A stretch of DNA of 63,313 nt, filler included, from Basidioascus undulatus (taxonomy: Eukaryota): the NCBI GenBank assembly GCA_000826855.1. It is 4 parts of 4 records of this genome, joined end to end, with 100 filler letters (N's around TTAATTAATTAA, not from the genome) between each part and the next. Parts side by side here need not be neighbours in the genome. Positions count along the whole stretch, not along the records: positions 1 to 15,815 come from JTLS01000623.1; 3 more parts are not named here. One strand, given 5' to 3'. A program made the translations under genes and the position numbers. Shown here one piece after another: positions 1-13,377 of the stretch. Under the pieces are notes generated by a model. That model had not been told where the DNA came from, did no database searches, and was given only the letters and a program-made list of their open reading frames with translations. The number at the start of each line of letters is the position of its first letter. Within the stretch, counting starts at the first letter, position 1.

Positions 1-190
1 GCGTGGATCTGGACATCGTGGTGGGGGCGAAGGGCGAGGGAGACCAGACGCACTCTTCCGCCCCCTCCTCATACTCGATCCGCGTAACAGGCACATCGTC
101 CTCCCAGCTGCGCGCCAACCCGCCCCCATTCCCGCTCGACAGCGGCGAGCCGACCGACCAGCTAGACGGGCCCAGTCCGGTGACGCTCAT
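1..190 (-). CDS. 5' end of a hypothetical protein running off the window edge (MSVTGLGPSSWSVGSPL...)
   Basis: ATG at 190-188 opens a frame with no stop before position 1; CT-rich leader upstream. No family recognised. Confidence 0.35.
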   Translation of the reverse strand, partial: MSVTGLGPSSWSVGSPLSSGNGGGLARSWEDDVPVTRIEYEEGAEECVWSPSPFAPTTMSRST

Positions 191-2790
191 CAAGTGAGTC
201 CTAGCGCTCGAACAGTGTGATTGAAAGTGAGTGAGAAAGAAAGAGCGAGAGAGCGAGAGATGTGCCTGTGACTGGATGGGCTGAGGCAAAGGTACAGGTG
301 CGCCCGGTCGAGTCGGGGTGATTCGCGATGATCTGCAGGGCGTGCAGCTGTCACGCGAGGATGCGCGTCGTTGCGCAACGGAAGAGAGTTGGGATGATGA
401 TGGAGGGAAGTTGAGGCAAGAAGGATGGGTCCCGAGTGCACCGATGACACCCCCAGGCCTAAAAGACCCGCCCGGCATGTGCGCAACGCTATCGTCGGCT
501 CGATCGTCAATTCGTTTCGGGAGGGCAAGGAGAGGCGCGCTCGCGCTACAGCCCCCCGACGTTCCCTTGCTTCCATACTCCACTCATACATACATTGGCC
601 ATCTATGTACTTATCCGCCAGCAGCCGCGCGCAGCTGCCGGCCTGAAACCAGTGCGTCCGAATCAAAGTTCGAGCAAGGTGTGCGAGGTGCGAAACCAAT
701 AGTCCATCCACGCCGACTGAGCAGCACCCGCTCGCTGCATGCACACCCAGCATGGTCATCTTACAACCTCAAAGCACCACCCGGAACGCGTCGTCTTCCT
801 CACTCTTTCGCTTCTTCCTCCGGCTTTTTGGGAGGAGGTGTGCACGTGTGCAGTCGAGGGATAAGTTCGAGGAACGTCTGAGCCAGGGTTCGGCGACGTC
901 TGTGATCGACAGTAATGGTAGAATGGGGTCCCTCGACTAGAGAGATAAGCGTCCCCGACTCCGTGAGAGCGGTTACAGCGCGATCAGTTGAGCTGTGACT
1001 GCCGGACCGAAGCCGGTACTTTTTCGGATGAATTGTGGATGCAAGGAGCATGGCGGTTTGTGAAATGGAAGCGTCATGATGCGATTATGGGGGTGATGGC
1101 GATTGGCTGCGGCGGTTGCGGCGGTGTGGGGAATGGGGAGGCATTCATGCATGGCGGTCCTGGAGAAGTTGTGGTATTTGCTCGAACAGGAAGGTACAGC
1201 GTAGACCTTGGATTGAAGGGGAATGAGAGAGGGAGGGTATACGACCTTGCGAAGGAGGCTTGGGAGCCGCGGTCGGATGTATGTTACAGGTCCTCTCGCC
1301 GAAAGTTGAGGGTAGTGCCTGCCCACGAGCAGTTACATACCTGAAGTCCCAGCTTTCCTAGACAACATAAACCCCCCTCTTCATCTCTCTGAAGCCGCAT
1401 CTACCGTTCATTGGACCAAACATTACTGTCCTTCGGCAACTACGGTTGGCTGCGCATGCAGCGTCTTCCAGCTGTATAGCCTCGCTGTTCAGTCTCTCCA
1501 CCTTTCAGTCTTTTAGCCTCCTCGATCAAAGTGCAATTGCAGTTCGTTGCGCTGATCATAGAAAAACTGATAGAAGGTTCAATCGCAAATCATCCACGCA
1601 ACACATACCTTTACAGCCAATCTATGGGCTGCGATGCTTCTGCGTGAGTGTCAGCGTGCGGGAGTCCTTCTCTGTTTCGGGGATTCCTTGAGGTAAATTG
1701 CTTACCTCCTTCATTTTGAAGGGTTTTAGCTGGACGAAGGAGGATATAAGGTTCTTGGGTCCAGCTCGGTCGAAACCCGTCGGAGAGCAGGCCTGCGGTA
1801 GGCCATCGTGCACTTGAAAGGGAACAGAAACACTTCTCACTGCCTGCGGAGTAAGCAAGGGCTAGTGAAGCCCTTAATTAACTTTACCAGTAGTAGAATT
1901 CTTCTTCATTCACCGTCATTGGTGACCTCGGGCGATGAAGTGGCGGCCATCTGCCGGTACAGGAAGAACAAGGCTTAAAGACCGTTCAGCGGCCCTCTGC
2001 AGCTTCCTTGACCCAGAAAAGTACTAAGGACAGTGCATGACAGGTTTCCGAACAGGGGTATAGGGAAGAAGTTTCACTCCGAAGACGTAGATGAAGGCAA
2101 ACGCGGGCACAGCAGGACGCCATACTCGCTCTATGATCCCAAATCGGCATCGGCTGTAGCTTCGCTTTGAAAGTTATTAGGGGACGGACTCACTATTTTC
2201 CTTCATGTCAATAGGAAAACTGAAGAGGACACGCTGCCAAGCTGGGCGAAGGCAGTTGGAACTGCGACGTCGCGGCAGTGGGGGGAGGCGGAAACTTACC
2301 GCTGGCCGATAAGACGATAACAGGTCCATGTAGCTAGCTCCTCCCCTCACCTCGCTATACCTTTTTTTTTCTACAACCCCATCCGATCTTCACCCATCCA
2401 ATCCTCCCCACTATGCAGCTCCAGCCCTTAAGGATCCGCACCCGAACGGCTGCACACGCAATACATGCAATGCGTCTCCGCGACACGTGACAGCGATTGA
2501 CTTCCTTCGCCCGTCTTCTGATCGTCAGACCGCTCTGCTCTGCACGCTGCACGTTGTCCGACTTCGCGAACCGTCCGCGAGAGTTTACATCTTACTACCT
2601 GTACCGCGCTCCCGTCGGGCTCCACTGGCGGCCTCATCATCGAAAGCACGGCCCCTTGCGTTGCTCCACTCCGCTCTGCGCTGGGTCTTATAGACGCTCT
2701 GTGCCAACGACTCTCAACGAGAACCCCCTTTCGAACCCTCTTCATCAACCCGCACCACCACCACCACCATCAACAGAAACAAAATCAGAC

Positions 2791-5700
2791 ATGTCTGCCC
2801 CCGGTGCCGCAAGCGACCCCGCCAGCGGCGGACTCCCCGCTCAGAGGCCGCGGTACCACAAGCGTGCGTGCTCCTCCCTCCCCCCGCTCTCCCCACTTCC
2901 CCTGACAATGGACTCCTGCCGGGAAAACACAGGCTCCGCGACGGGCTTCCTCCCCGAGAAGGAGGGTGAGGAGGACGTGTGGACTTTGGGCGACGAGAAG
3001 GGTGCGTCCTCGCCCCCGTCCCTTCCCCTCCTTCCTCTTCTCACCCTTCCCCACCCCCCAGTCTGGAAAGCCAACATCCCCACCGTCACGCGCAGCACTC
3101 CCGCAATCGAGCGCGAGATAGTGCACCACGTGTACTCCTCTCTCGCGCGCCAACCCTACGGTCTCGACGAGCTCGGGGCGTACCAGGCGGTCGCCCTCTC
3201 TGTGCGGGACAAGCTCGTGCAGCTGTGGAACGAAACGCAGGCGTACCACACGATCAAGATGCCCAAGCGCGTGTACTACTTTTCCCTCGAGTTCCTCATG
3301 GGGCGCACGCTCGACTCGGCGCTCTTGAACCTCGCCCTCCGGCCGGAGTATGTAGAGAGTGTGAAGGACTTGGGATTCAGGATGGAGGACGTTATTGAGA
3401 GTGAGAGGGACGCGGCGCTCGGGAATGGGGGGTTGGGACGGTTGGCCGCGTGTTATCTTGATTCGATGGCGAGTTTGGACTTGCCCGCGTGGGGGTACGG
3501 GCTGCGGTACACCTGTGCGTCGCTGCCCCTTCCCCTCCTCCCCTGTGCCTTCGTCTCTCCCCTCCCCCGAACGTACTGACATGTCTTTGTTTCCCCCACA
3601 GACGGGATGTTCAAGCAAGGCATCCGCCCCGACGGGCAGATCGAGGTGCGTCCCCTCCCTTTTCTTCCACTGTCCCCCCTCCTTCTGTACCGACTTCCTC
3701 GCCCCCAGCTACCCGACCCCTGGCTCGAGCACTCGAACCCCTGGGAAGTGGCCCGTCTCGACGTGCGTCCCCCTTCTTTCCACCCTTCCCCCTGTACTCC
3801 CATCCTTCCCCTCCTGCCCTGCCACATCCGACCCTGAAACACAACACTGTCTACAGGTGACTGTCGACGGTCAGTTTTGCTTCCGGGGACGGTAGACTGT
3901 GAGGGATGGTGCTGATGTGGGGAGACGGAACGGACAGTCCGCTTCTACGGGACCGCCGAGCGCCTGCCCGGCAAGGGCAAGGGCGTGTGGCGCGGGGGGA
4001 AGGAGGTGCTGGCTGTTGCGTACGACGTTCCGAGTGCGTCTTCTCATCCTTATTGCTTCTTCCTTCCGCCTCCTCTTCCGCTCTTCCCCTTCCCCTGTCC
4101 TTTTTCCCCTCTTTGCCTCTTCGCGTCTTTCCCTTCCCCTCTTCCCTATTTCCAAATTCCCGCTCTTGCATATCTCTAGTCACCCTTGACAGGAATACTG
4201 AGGGACTGCGTGCGTGGAACAGCCCCCGGCGCCGGTACAGACAACACGAACAACCTCCGCCTGTGGGCGTCCCGCCCCAAGCGCGAGTTCGACCTCGGCG
4301 CGTTCAACGCGGGCGACTACGACGCTGCCGTCGCGGAGAGCGTGGATGCTGAGACTATCTCGAGCGTGCGTTTCCCCCTTCCTCCCCCGCACTTACCTTG
4401 CTCATTCGGTTCTGGGGTGGGCTAGGTTCTGTACCCTAACGGTATGCAGAATGTCTCAAGGCTGCGTGGACGTTGCTGATGTGGGACGGGTGGGGACAGA
4501 CAACTTCTATGCGGGCAAGGAGCTCCGGCTGAAGCAGCAGTACCGTGCGTCGTCTTCTCCCCCCCCCTTATTCTCTATCTCTCCCCCGGTTGTGAAAGTG
4601 GGCTGATGGGGTTCGGCAGTATGGTGCGCCGCGAGCTTGCACGACATCATCCGCCGCTTCAAGAAGATGCGCAAGCCGTTCACGGCGTTCCCGGACTACG
4701 TTGCTATGTCCGTGCTCTCCCATCCTTTCCCCTTGCCCTCCCTACCTCAAAAAGTTGAAGCGGGCTAACGTGAAAGTGAAATGATGACAGTCAGCTGAAT
4801 GACACGCACCCGACCATTGCGATCCCGGAGCTGCAGCGCATCCTAGTGCGCCGTTCCTCAGTTCCGGGGAGCAGGGGGAAGGGACATACTAATGGAGTGA
4901 GATGGGGTGGGGGGACGGCGTAGGTGGACGAAGAAGACGTCGAGTGGGACACGGCGTGGGCGATAGTGCAGAAGACGTTTGGGTACACGAACCACACGGT
5001 CATGCCCGAGGCGCTTGAGGTGCGTTCGGTCCTCCTACCCCATTCTCTCCAAAACACAGCTAATCAAGGAGGATCATCAGAAATGGCCTGTTCCCATGCT
5101 GTGTACTTCCAGTCCTCTCACAGTCAAGTCCGACAGCCGAGATGACGCTTTCACATGGCACAGCCAACCTCCTCCCAAGGCACATGCAGATCATGTCCGT
5201 CCCTCCTACCCCACTCCTCTCCCAGCTGAAGCTCCCTGATAATGGATGAATCAAAAACAGCTTCGACATCAACCTCTTCTTCCTCCAAGCGGTCGAGCGC
5301 AAGTTCCCCAAGGACCGCGAGCGCCTCGCGCGCATGTCGCTTATCGAGGGTGCGGTTCTGCCCTCCTCCCCTCTCTCAGCTGGAAAGCTGAGATTTGGTG
5401 AGGCGGGGGGGGAGCAGAGGGGAATCCGCAGCAGGTCCGCTTCGCGTTCCTGGCGGTCATCGGCAGCCACCACACGAATGGGGTGGCGGCACTGCACTCG
5501 CAGTTGGTCAAGAGTGCGTGCTGTTGCTGGTGCGGAGAACGGACGCGGCTGATAGGAGATGGCATGTAGCGCAACTGTTCCCGGAATTTGTCGAGTGCGT
5601 TTCAAGTTGCAAAAAGGTTGCAGAACCCAGCCTGACTGATTTATGAACGCAGGTTCTTCGGCGCCGAACGCTTCGGGAACGTCACGGTACGTTGCTGCTT

Positions 5701-7677
5701 ACTTCTCTCCCACCACTTGCACCTGTTTCCCCTCGCTCACAGCCACCTCCCGCACCGCCCATACAGAACGGCATCACCCCCCGTCGCTGGCTGCAGCAAG
5801 CGAACCCTCCCCTCGCGTCCCTCATCACGTCCACACTCGGCACGGACCTGTGGGTGAAGGAGCTCGACCGCCTCAAGGCGCTCGAGAGGCTCGTGGACGA
5901 CGCAGCGTTCCACGCCAAGTGGAACGGCGCCCGCAAGGAGGCCAAGGCCCGCTTTGCAGAGTACGCGAAGAAGCACCTCGGTCTGGAGTTGCCCGTTGAG
6001 GGCGTGTTGTGGGACGTGCAGGTTAAGAGGATTCACGAGTACAAGGTCCACTTTCGGCGCGTCTGGGATGGAAAGGGAGAGGAGGCTGATGCAAGGTGAG
6101 GGGGAGCAGCGTCAGAGCCTCAACATTCTGGGCGTTCTGCACCGGTAGGTCTTCCTCGTACACAGCCAGACCCTCAGGTAGGCGGATCCTGATGTCGAGC
6201 GAGTGCGTTCGCAGCTACCGCGCGATCAAGTTCCTCTCCCCCGAGGACCGCAAGAAGGTCGTCCCCAAGGTCGTCCTCTTCGGCGGCAAGGCGGCCCCGG
6301 GGTACTACATCGCCAAGCAGGTGAGGAGGTTACTCTGGCTTCGCTTCCTTGAGGAGAACAGGAAGCTGAAGGAGCTGGGGTGTCCGGCAGGTCATCCGCC
6401 TCATCGTCCAGGCGTCGGAGGTCATCAACAACGACCCGGACATTGGGGACTTGCTGAGTGCGTTTTCTGCTTGAATGTCGTTTCAGAAACGCAGCTGACT
6501 TGAGAACCTTTGGTGCAGAGGTCGTCTTCGTGCCGGACTACTCGGTTCGGTTATTTTTTTCAAACGAGGCCGAACATATCAAGCTGAGTCTGACAAAGGC
6601 CTTCAACAGGTCTCCGTTGCCGAGGTCCTTATCGTAGGTCTGCTTGCGTTTCCTGAGTTCTGGCGGGAAAGCTGAATTGTGGGGGATTTCACAGCCCGCT
6701 GCGGACATTTCGCAACACATCTCGACTGCGGGCACCGAGGCGTCGGGCACGTCCAACATGAAGGCGCGTACAGTCCAAAATACTGCAACCATCATCTGGC
6801 TGAACGCTATTTCGTGTTTCACAGTTCTGCCTCAACGGAGCTCTTCTCGTCGGCACCGTCGACGGCGCGTCGATCGAGATCGGCCAGGAAGTGGGCGAGG
6901 ACCAGTGTTACTTCTTCGGGCATTTGTCGGATCAGAGTGGGTTCAGCTCAGCAAACGGAAGCTTGAACGCTTTGGCTGACTCCCTGAACGACAGTCGAGG
7001 ACCTCCGCTACAACCAGCGCTACCACCGCGTGCCGCTCGAGGAGCGCTCTCCGGCCCTCGCGGTTGTTGTCGAGGACCTCAAGAAGGGGACGTTCGGCAA
7101 CTACGGCGACATCGCGCCCCTCATCGACACTATTATCAACGACGACCACTACTGCGTCGCAGACGGTCAGTCTCCACCACTCAATGCGCAGGTAACTCTT
7201 AGCTGACGCAGTCTTCGGGCACCAGACTTCGACTCCTGTAAGCCTTCTTCCCATTCCACACTTCCAGACCGCACTGAGAGCTGCAATTGTCATTCAGACA
7301 TCGACACGCTTGCGCTGATCGACGCCGACTGGGTCGACAAGGACAAGTGGGCCAAGAAGTCCATCCTCACCGTCGCTCGCGTGCGTCTTCAGCTGCTCTC
7401 TGCCGCACACAAAGACCGCGCTGACCGGTCCTTCCGGACAGATGGGCTTTTTCTCGAGCGACCGCGCTGTCAACCAGTATGCCGAGGAGGTGAGCTTGGA
7501 TCTTTCTCCTTCACTTCGTACCGAGTGCTAACCGGCTACGCATTTTCAGATCTGGTCGGTCGAGCCCGAGAAGGTCCGCTTTTCATGGGTTCTCCCTCAT
7601 CCTGAGACGAGAGGAACTAATAAATCTTCCAGGTCAACTACGCGACTGCGGCCGCGCTCAGCGGCACAAAGGGCTGA
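2791..7677 (+). CDS. GPH1: Glycogen phosphorylase (GT35), about 33 exons
   Basis: Spliced translation gives HKRSATGFLP (resembles yeast regulatory Thr site), [71 protein letters not shown] and the PLP motif [10 protein letters not shown]; ends [17 protein letters not shown]. Confidence 0.97.
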
Positions 7678-8232
7678 TCGCCTCAAACTGTGCTTGACGA
7701 GACTGGCGACGAACAGTCATGCTGCCTCCCTTTTCGCTTGTGGTCTTGAATATCTGTACGACTTCTTGCGTGTTTGAGAATGGACAATTGTATTCGTTTG
7801 GTCAGACGTGCTGCATCGAAAGAAGGCGGCAGCGACCTGTCCTGTGAACGCTCATTGCTCGTTACTGTTGTGTGTGCATTGCTCTTGATCCATTAATTGG
7901 TGCTTAGTCAGGTATAGGGGAACCAGGAAGGTTATCCTGCCGCCCACGGACGTGAACATCGATTGGCGTTAGGTGCGCCGAACTGGGCACCGGCTAAGGC
8001 TCACATTTCATATGAAGAACTGTCATTCGTGAATGGATCCGGCAGAACATGAAGTGTTCTTAGTGAAAGGCGAAAAGAATCCCGTTCGTCAAGCAGTCAA
8101 TGTTCACATGCGACTCTGCAAACAAACTTTCAACACGCTGCGAAGTGAACTGCACATCGAAAGTAATATAGGTATCCGCAATCTACGAAGTCTGCATGTC
8201 CGCCTGAAATCACCATCCCGCCCAATGATCCT

Positions 8233-11200
8233 CTAGTTCCACTCCTTCTCCTTCTCGTCCGCCCGAGGCTTGCCACGGTGGCCGTCCTTCTTGCCATCCT
8301 TCTCCTCGGCCGCCTGCTGCAGCGCTCCCCCATTGACCTTCCCGCCGCTCACCGGGCGCGAAAGCCGGTTCTCACCAGCGGCAATGGTGAAGTTCGCCAG
8401 CGAGAGCTCCGAGGGGTCATCCTAAAACCGCAAGACTCGCAGTCAGAAAGCAAGATTTCGATCGCGTTGGGCAACATCACTACTGACAGCCTTCTCGATG
8501 TTCAGGATGCCGAAGTACTCGGCGATGGCCTGCTGCTGAGTGAGACGCAGCTCGAAGTAGCCACGGAGCTGGCCCTGTAGGGGTAACCGGAACTTGTGAG
8601 ATAACGTTTTGACAGAGGTAGCTGGAATGAATGGGAAAGGTAGGCTGAGGAAGAGACCCTACCTCCGCGTATTGGAGGACGTCGTTTGAAGCCACAAGCT
8701 GCTCCGCGTGCGACTTGTAGTAGGTGTCGTTCTTGTTACGGCCGTAGCTCGAGGGAGATGAGACCGCCGTGCCACCAAGCTGATGTGGACTTGTGTTCAG
8801 CTAAGCTGAAATGCGAGGTGCGAGAAACTCACCTCGACTGCGATGGAGCCCTCTCCAGTGGCCGGGTCGTACGTCTGAGCGATCGAGAGGGTAAGCATAT
8901 AGATAACTCACTTTAGCACAGAAAAAGGCACTTGCATGGTCGCCCGCAGTGTTGTATGCGGGGATGTCGGAGACCCAGTTGGCGTGAGTGTCACCTGAAG
9001 AATGTCGGGCCCACTCCAAGTAAACCATACAATCACAGTTGTTGGGAAAGTCTGTATGAATACGCACCCGTCAAGATGATGGTGTTCTCCTTATGAGACT
9101 CAGTGATGGCCTCGATGACTCGGGCGCGGTTAGCCTGCGTGGACGCATTAGCATGAAACGCGCAACCCTCAACGCTGCAAGAAACGCCAAGGAAACTCAC
9201 TTGGTATCTGCTCAGCAATCGCAATGGCTAGATTAGCGACGCGCACTCCCACGCAGATGGTCTTCAAACGTGAAGACTCGCCCATCCCAAGCGTCGTAGT
9301 TCAGGTCAGTGCTGGTGTTGAGCTGATACGTAGGGAAACAAGTTCAGTGTGCATGCCGGGTGCCCTGTCAGTGAGACGAGACGGACACTAGCAAAGATGA
9401 CCTGGTTGCCCAGGACCCTCCAGGTCGCTGAAGACGCAGCGATGGTCTCGTTCAACCAAGCCTCCTGCTTGTCGCCGATCATCGTACGGTCTGATGGTGA
9501 AGTATAAGCACCTTTCATCAACCTGATCCACAAGTTGAAAACTCACTGGCCCACTGCGACATCGCCTTGACTTCCTCAGTGTTGTAGTACACGTCGGTGA
9601 TGCTGGCACTCCCAGTTTCAGCGTTAGACTCGCAGTCAGAAGTGAGGCGTCTCCGACGTACGCGCGCTCGTAGTTCCTAGTATCGATCATGATAAGGTCG
9701 AGGAGGTTGCCGAAGTGGAACTCGCGCCAGATACGGCCAAAGTCATCGCTCTGGACCTGACGAGTCGGCTGCCACTCCCTGTTTTCGATGCGCCAGCTTA
9801 GATACGCCTTTCCCCACAAAACAGTCAAAGGTAAAACGCACCACCAAGCGCGGACGGCGTGTGCCTGAAAGGGAAATTTCAGTATCTGTGAGGAGCAGCA
9901 TGGTGCGCAACAGTGCGTACCTTGCGCTCGTTGAAGAAGATGCCCTCAATTGCACCAGCCTCAGTGTTGTTGCTGTCAGCGGTACCCTGAAACAATCATT
10001 CAGTAATACTTTCTGTAATCTGTGGTCGATCGTGCGCACCGAGATATACTGTCAGGGCCAATAGTCAGCAAAATCACAACAACCGGTTCAGCTGCATAAA
10101 AGGGGTGCTTACAGAGTTGTCCGCAACCTCGTGGTCATCCCTGAACATTTTCTGTCAGTATACACTCTCACGCGTTTGCATCCGGAACATACCAAACGAT
10201 GCTGACGATTAGGAATTGTGAGCATAGAAGCTAAAAGTGCACACAGGAGACTGACATACATCCAAGCGTTCTTGGCGTGTGCGAGCTGCAAGTCCGCATC
10301 GGCACGGTAGGACTTGTAGCGGAGGCGGTAGTCCTCAAGTGTAACAATCCTGGACAGATTAGGAACAAGCTCAGTCAGCACTAATTCAAACGCGTACGTT
10401 CTCGGCATACGCACTCCTTGTTCGGTTGCGGCACGCGGCCGAGGGCGGTGCCGTTGCCGTAAGACTTGCCCTCGCCGTCACCCCGGGCCTCGTAGATGTA
10501 GTCGCCCAACTGTGAGATGGATGGTTAATGATCTTTCTATCAAGTGAGAAGCGAGCGGGATCTACGTGGACCGCATAGTGAACCGAGTCCTTCCGCGCAG
10601 GATTGCCAAAGGCGTGGAAGAAGCCCCTTGGTAGCTTCGAATCAGCTGTGTTGTTACATGAGCAGGATCAATATTCATTACCAGGGAAGGTTGCTGCACG
10701 AGTAGACACTGCAGTATGTGAACGCTCAGCGTTGGTCAGCTCATGTCGTCCAACGGCAGTAACGGCAGTTAAGAGTGCAATTACGTACGCGAACTTGAGC
10801 TCCTCGTCGACCTGCCAAATTTCTGGTTAGAGGTGTTGCAGGTCTCGGACAGGAAAAGCTACTCACCTGTGCACCCTCTGCGGGGGTGGTGCGGAAACGG
10901 CCGACAGGCGAGGCAACGGTGTTGTCGACCTGGCTCACGAAACTGTCGAGTAGACACGACTGTCAGCATCTGAATCTTCGTTCTGAAAGGCACCAAAGAC
11001 TTACCGATAATAGTAGGTGTTCCAGGGCTCGAGGCCGTCGGCATCCACCTTCACACTGTAGTCAATGGCATTCGAGGTCGAGACAACACCGCTCGCGACG
11101 GGGCTGTCAAACGAGTCCTCCGAGGTAGAGATCTGCCACCTGGTTGACAATCAAAGGGTCAGGTAAATTGTCGATAAAGTAGAGAAGAAAATACACACTC

Positions 11201-11530
11201 GAGCTCGACGCGCTGCTCGGTCTCTTCCGCCGGCTCGGCATGCGTCCAGAGAATGATACCGTTAGGCAACGGGTCACCCGAAGCGACACCCTGACGGCGT
11301 GTAAGACATAAGCAAGCACAGCACCTCACAAAAGAATGATAAACGACGGCGCTCACGTAAGGGAAAGAGACCTTCCCCTCGTAGCCGCCGGCCCGACGGG
11401 AGAAGAGAGAAGGCTCAGGGTTGTGGATCCCGCGCTCCTCGATGGTAGGGGAGCGGAAAGCGAGGTTAGCGGAGAATGAGCCGAGAGCGGGCGTCGCCGC
11501 GAGGGCGAGAAGGGCGGCTGCCGCGAGCAT
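8233..11530 (-). CDS. Secreted PhoD-family alkaline phosphatase, multi-exon
   Basis: Signal peptide MLAAAALLALAATPALG; GVASGDP, GDYIYE, YRLRYKSYRAD, WDDHEVADN, IWREFHFGNLLDLIMIDTR, WRVLGNQVIF, DAWDG, GDTHANW. Confidence 0.92.
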
Positions 11531-13377
11531 CGCGATAGACTGTGAGGGAGAGGGCGGACGAAGCTGCACGGAGAGGGGGCCTCTTCAGCAGGCAACAGGC
11601 TGATATATAGTCTCCTGCCGGCCTCCGCAATATGAATTTTGATGGTGCATTTCCGGCCGTCCAGCGCGACGTGCCTTGACCGAACACGAGGGCGAATGCC
11701 AGCGAGCAAATGCACCATGAGGCGAGGGCCTCACTCAAGGCTGGGCGCGAGGGCGACAATGGAGCGCTGCATAAATATGTACGCCAAGGTCATGGGGAGG
11801 GGGATGTTTGTTGGAGGATGGCAGCGAATGGGGTGCAAGAGAGAGCGCACATGCGGCGAGCGATACCTCACTGGGTTGACGTCAATCAGGGCCGCTAATC
11901 GAAGGGGCAAATACGGCCGGCCGGCGAGTGCCGTGGATTTCAAGGGGACTGCACTGCAGCAGAGGACAGTTGCGAATGAGCAACGTGTTGCTCATCATAA
12001 CGTGGATGAGTGGAGATACCGGCATGAAAAACACCGCTTCGGTGCATTTGCGTGGGACAAAGTGATGAAGGAGACACTTCCGACCCGGGCGACAACGGTG
12101 CCGGCCAGGTAAACGTACATACAGTCTTTGAATGTTCTTCAGATCGGCTACTTCTGACTTCCTGGTCTGTAGATACAAGGTCAGTTGCCTGTATGGAGCA
12201 AGGAGAGCTCCTGTTGCAGCTGATTCACTCATACCACCAACCGTGCCTGGCTGAGATAGGCTCCAAGCTGCAGCTGTCCGTCTTGCGCTTGGGCACTGCT
12301 CGTCAGTTGATGTGAGCATTAGGCTCGTAGACTGCAGAGCCTATGTCCCAGAGACTGTAAAGTTTCCGGGAAAGTGTTAATATAGGAGTCTTTGATGTGA
12401 AAGTCGTGGATCCAGGCCGCGGCCTGACTGTGTGCAGTTAGGATACCTGTGCAAGACGTTCGCGCCAGAGCGGGTAGTAGATGGTGCGTAGCTCAAGAAT
12501 TGCATCTGACATGTTAAGACGACCTAACAAAGTGCCTTCCAGGTCCATTTATTAATCTGTCGACCGACCCATGTTGTTGAGCCGCCTTCATCCATTGCAG
12601 GTCGGGACCTGAATGGCCAGTCCTGGAATCACTGGAACTCCACCGTATACGCAGTTGGTACCTGAAGATCAACCGAGTTACAACCGATAAAGATGACTTG
12701 CTTGAACCCATTTGTGAAAGGGCGGACCACACGTGGAGACTGCAGCGCGCCAGTCCTCCGCCGTAACAGTTACACAAAGGTATACCTGCGAAATTACACT
12801 AATAATGATTCCAAAACTTCCTGTTAGCGTCTTTCATCGTCCCTGATGCTCTTACATGGCGCGAGGGAGCTCAGACATCTCAAGCTGTCGAGCGGGCGGC
12901 TGCGCTGCCAGGCACACACTCGCCGTGAAAGTCTGCCCGTTTGTCGGTCTACGCCTGAGCCTCTTACCCCTACATACTCCATCCTGATACATCGTTTGAT
13001 GTCGCAACCCTCCTTCCAGTGAGATTGAGCACGCGGACCTCTCCTCTGGACGCTGCGGCCTGCGACCGCACACACTGTTGTTCTTTCCTACCCCTCCCCA
13101 TACGCATTTCTTCCTCCCAGCTACTCCTCCAACATCTACCTCACTTCCCTTCACTCATCATTCCGAACGACAGATCGACAAAGCACGACGCGACGGCAAC
13201 GCGTCCTGTAATAGCTTACCTAATCCTTCCCAACAGCGTGTCTCAGCCCGCAGGCGCGTGGCGTGGAAGTTGAGCGACGATCGCCCTTACCTTTCAACCT
13301 CACTCCTCACTCCTCACTCACACCACCACTATCCACCACCACCATCCACCCATTCTCCTCCGGCATCCACACCAAAC

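Noticed and set aside
190..1344. Overlapping 60-190 aa ORFs near the window start
   Set aside because: Mutually overlapping, motif-free and containing simple GA repeats; consistent with UTR or promoter sequence.
1365..1690. RNase MRP P4-like pairing on the minus strand (GGAAUCCCC with GGGGUU)
   Set aside because: No matching P1 helix or other conserved regions found in the right order.
11639..13075. ORFs between the PhoD and UBE2S genes
   Set aside because: No recognisable motifs, codon bias or coherent splice structure; treated as divergent intergenic sequence.
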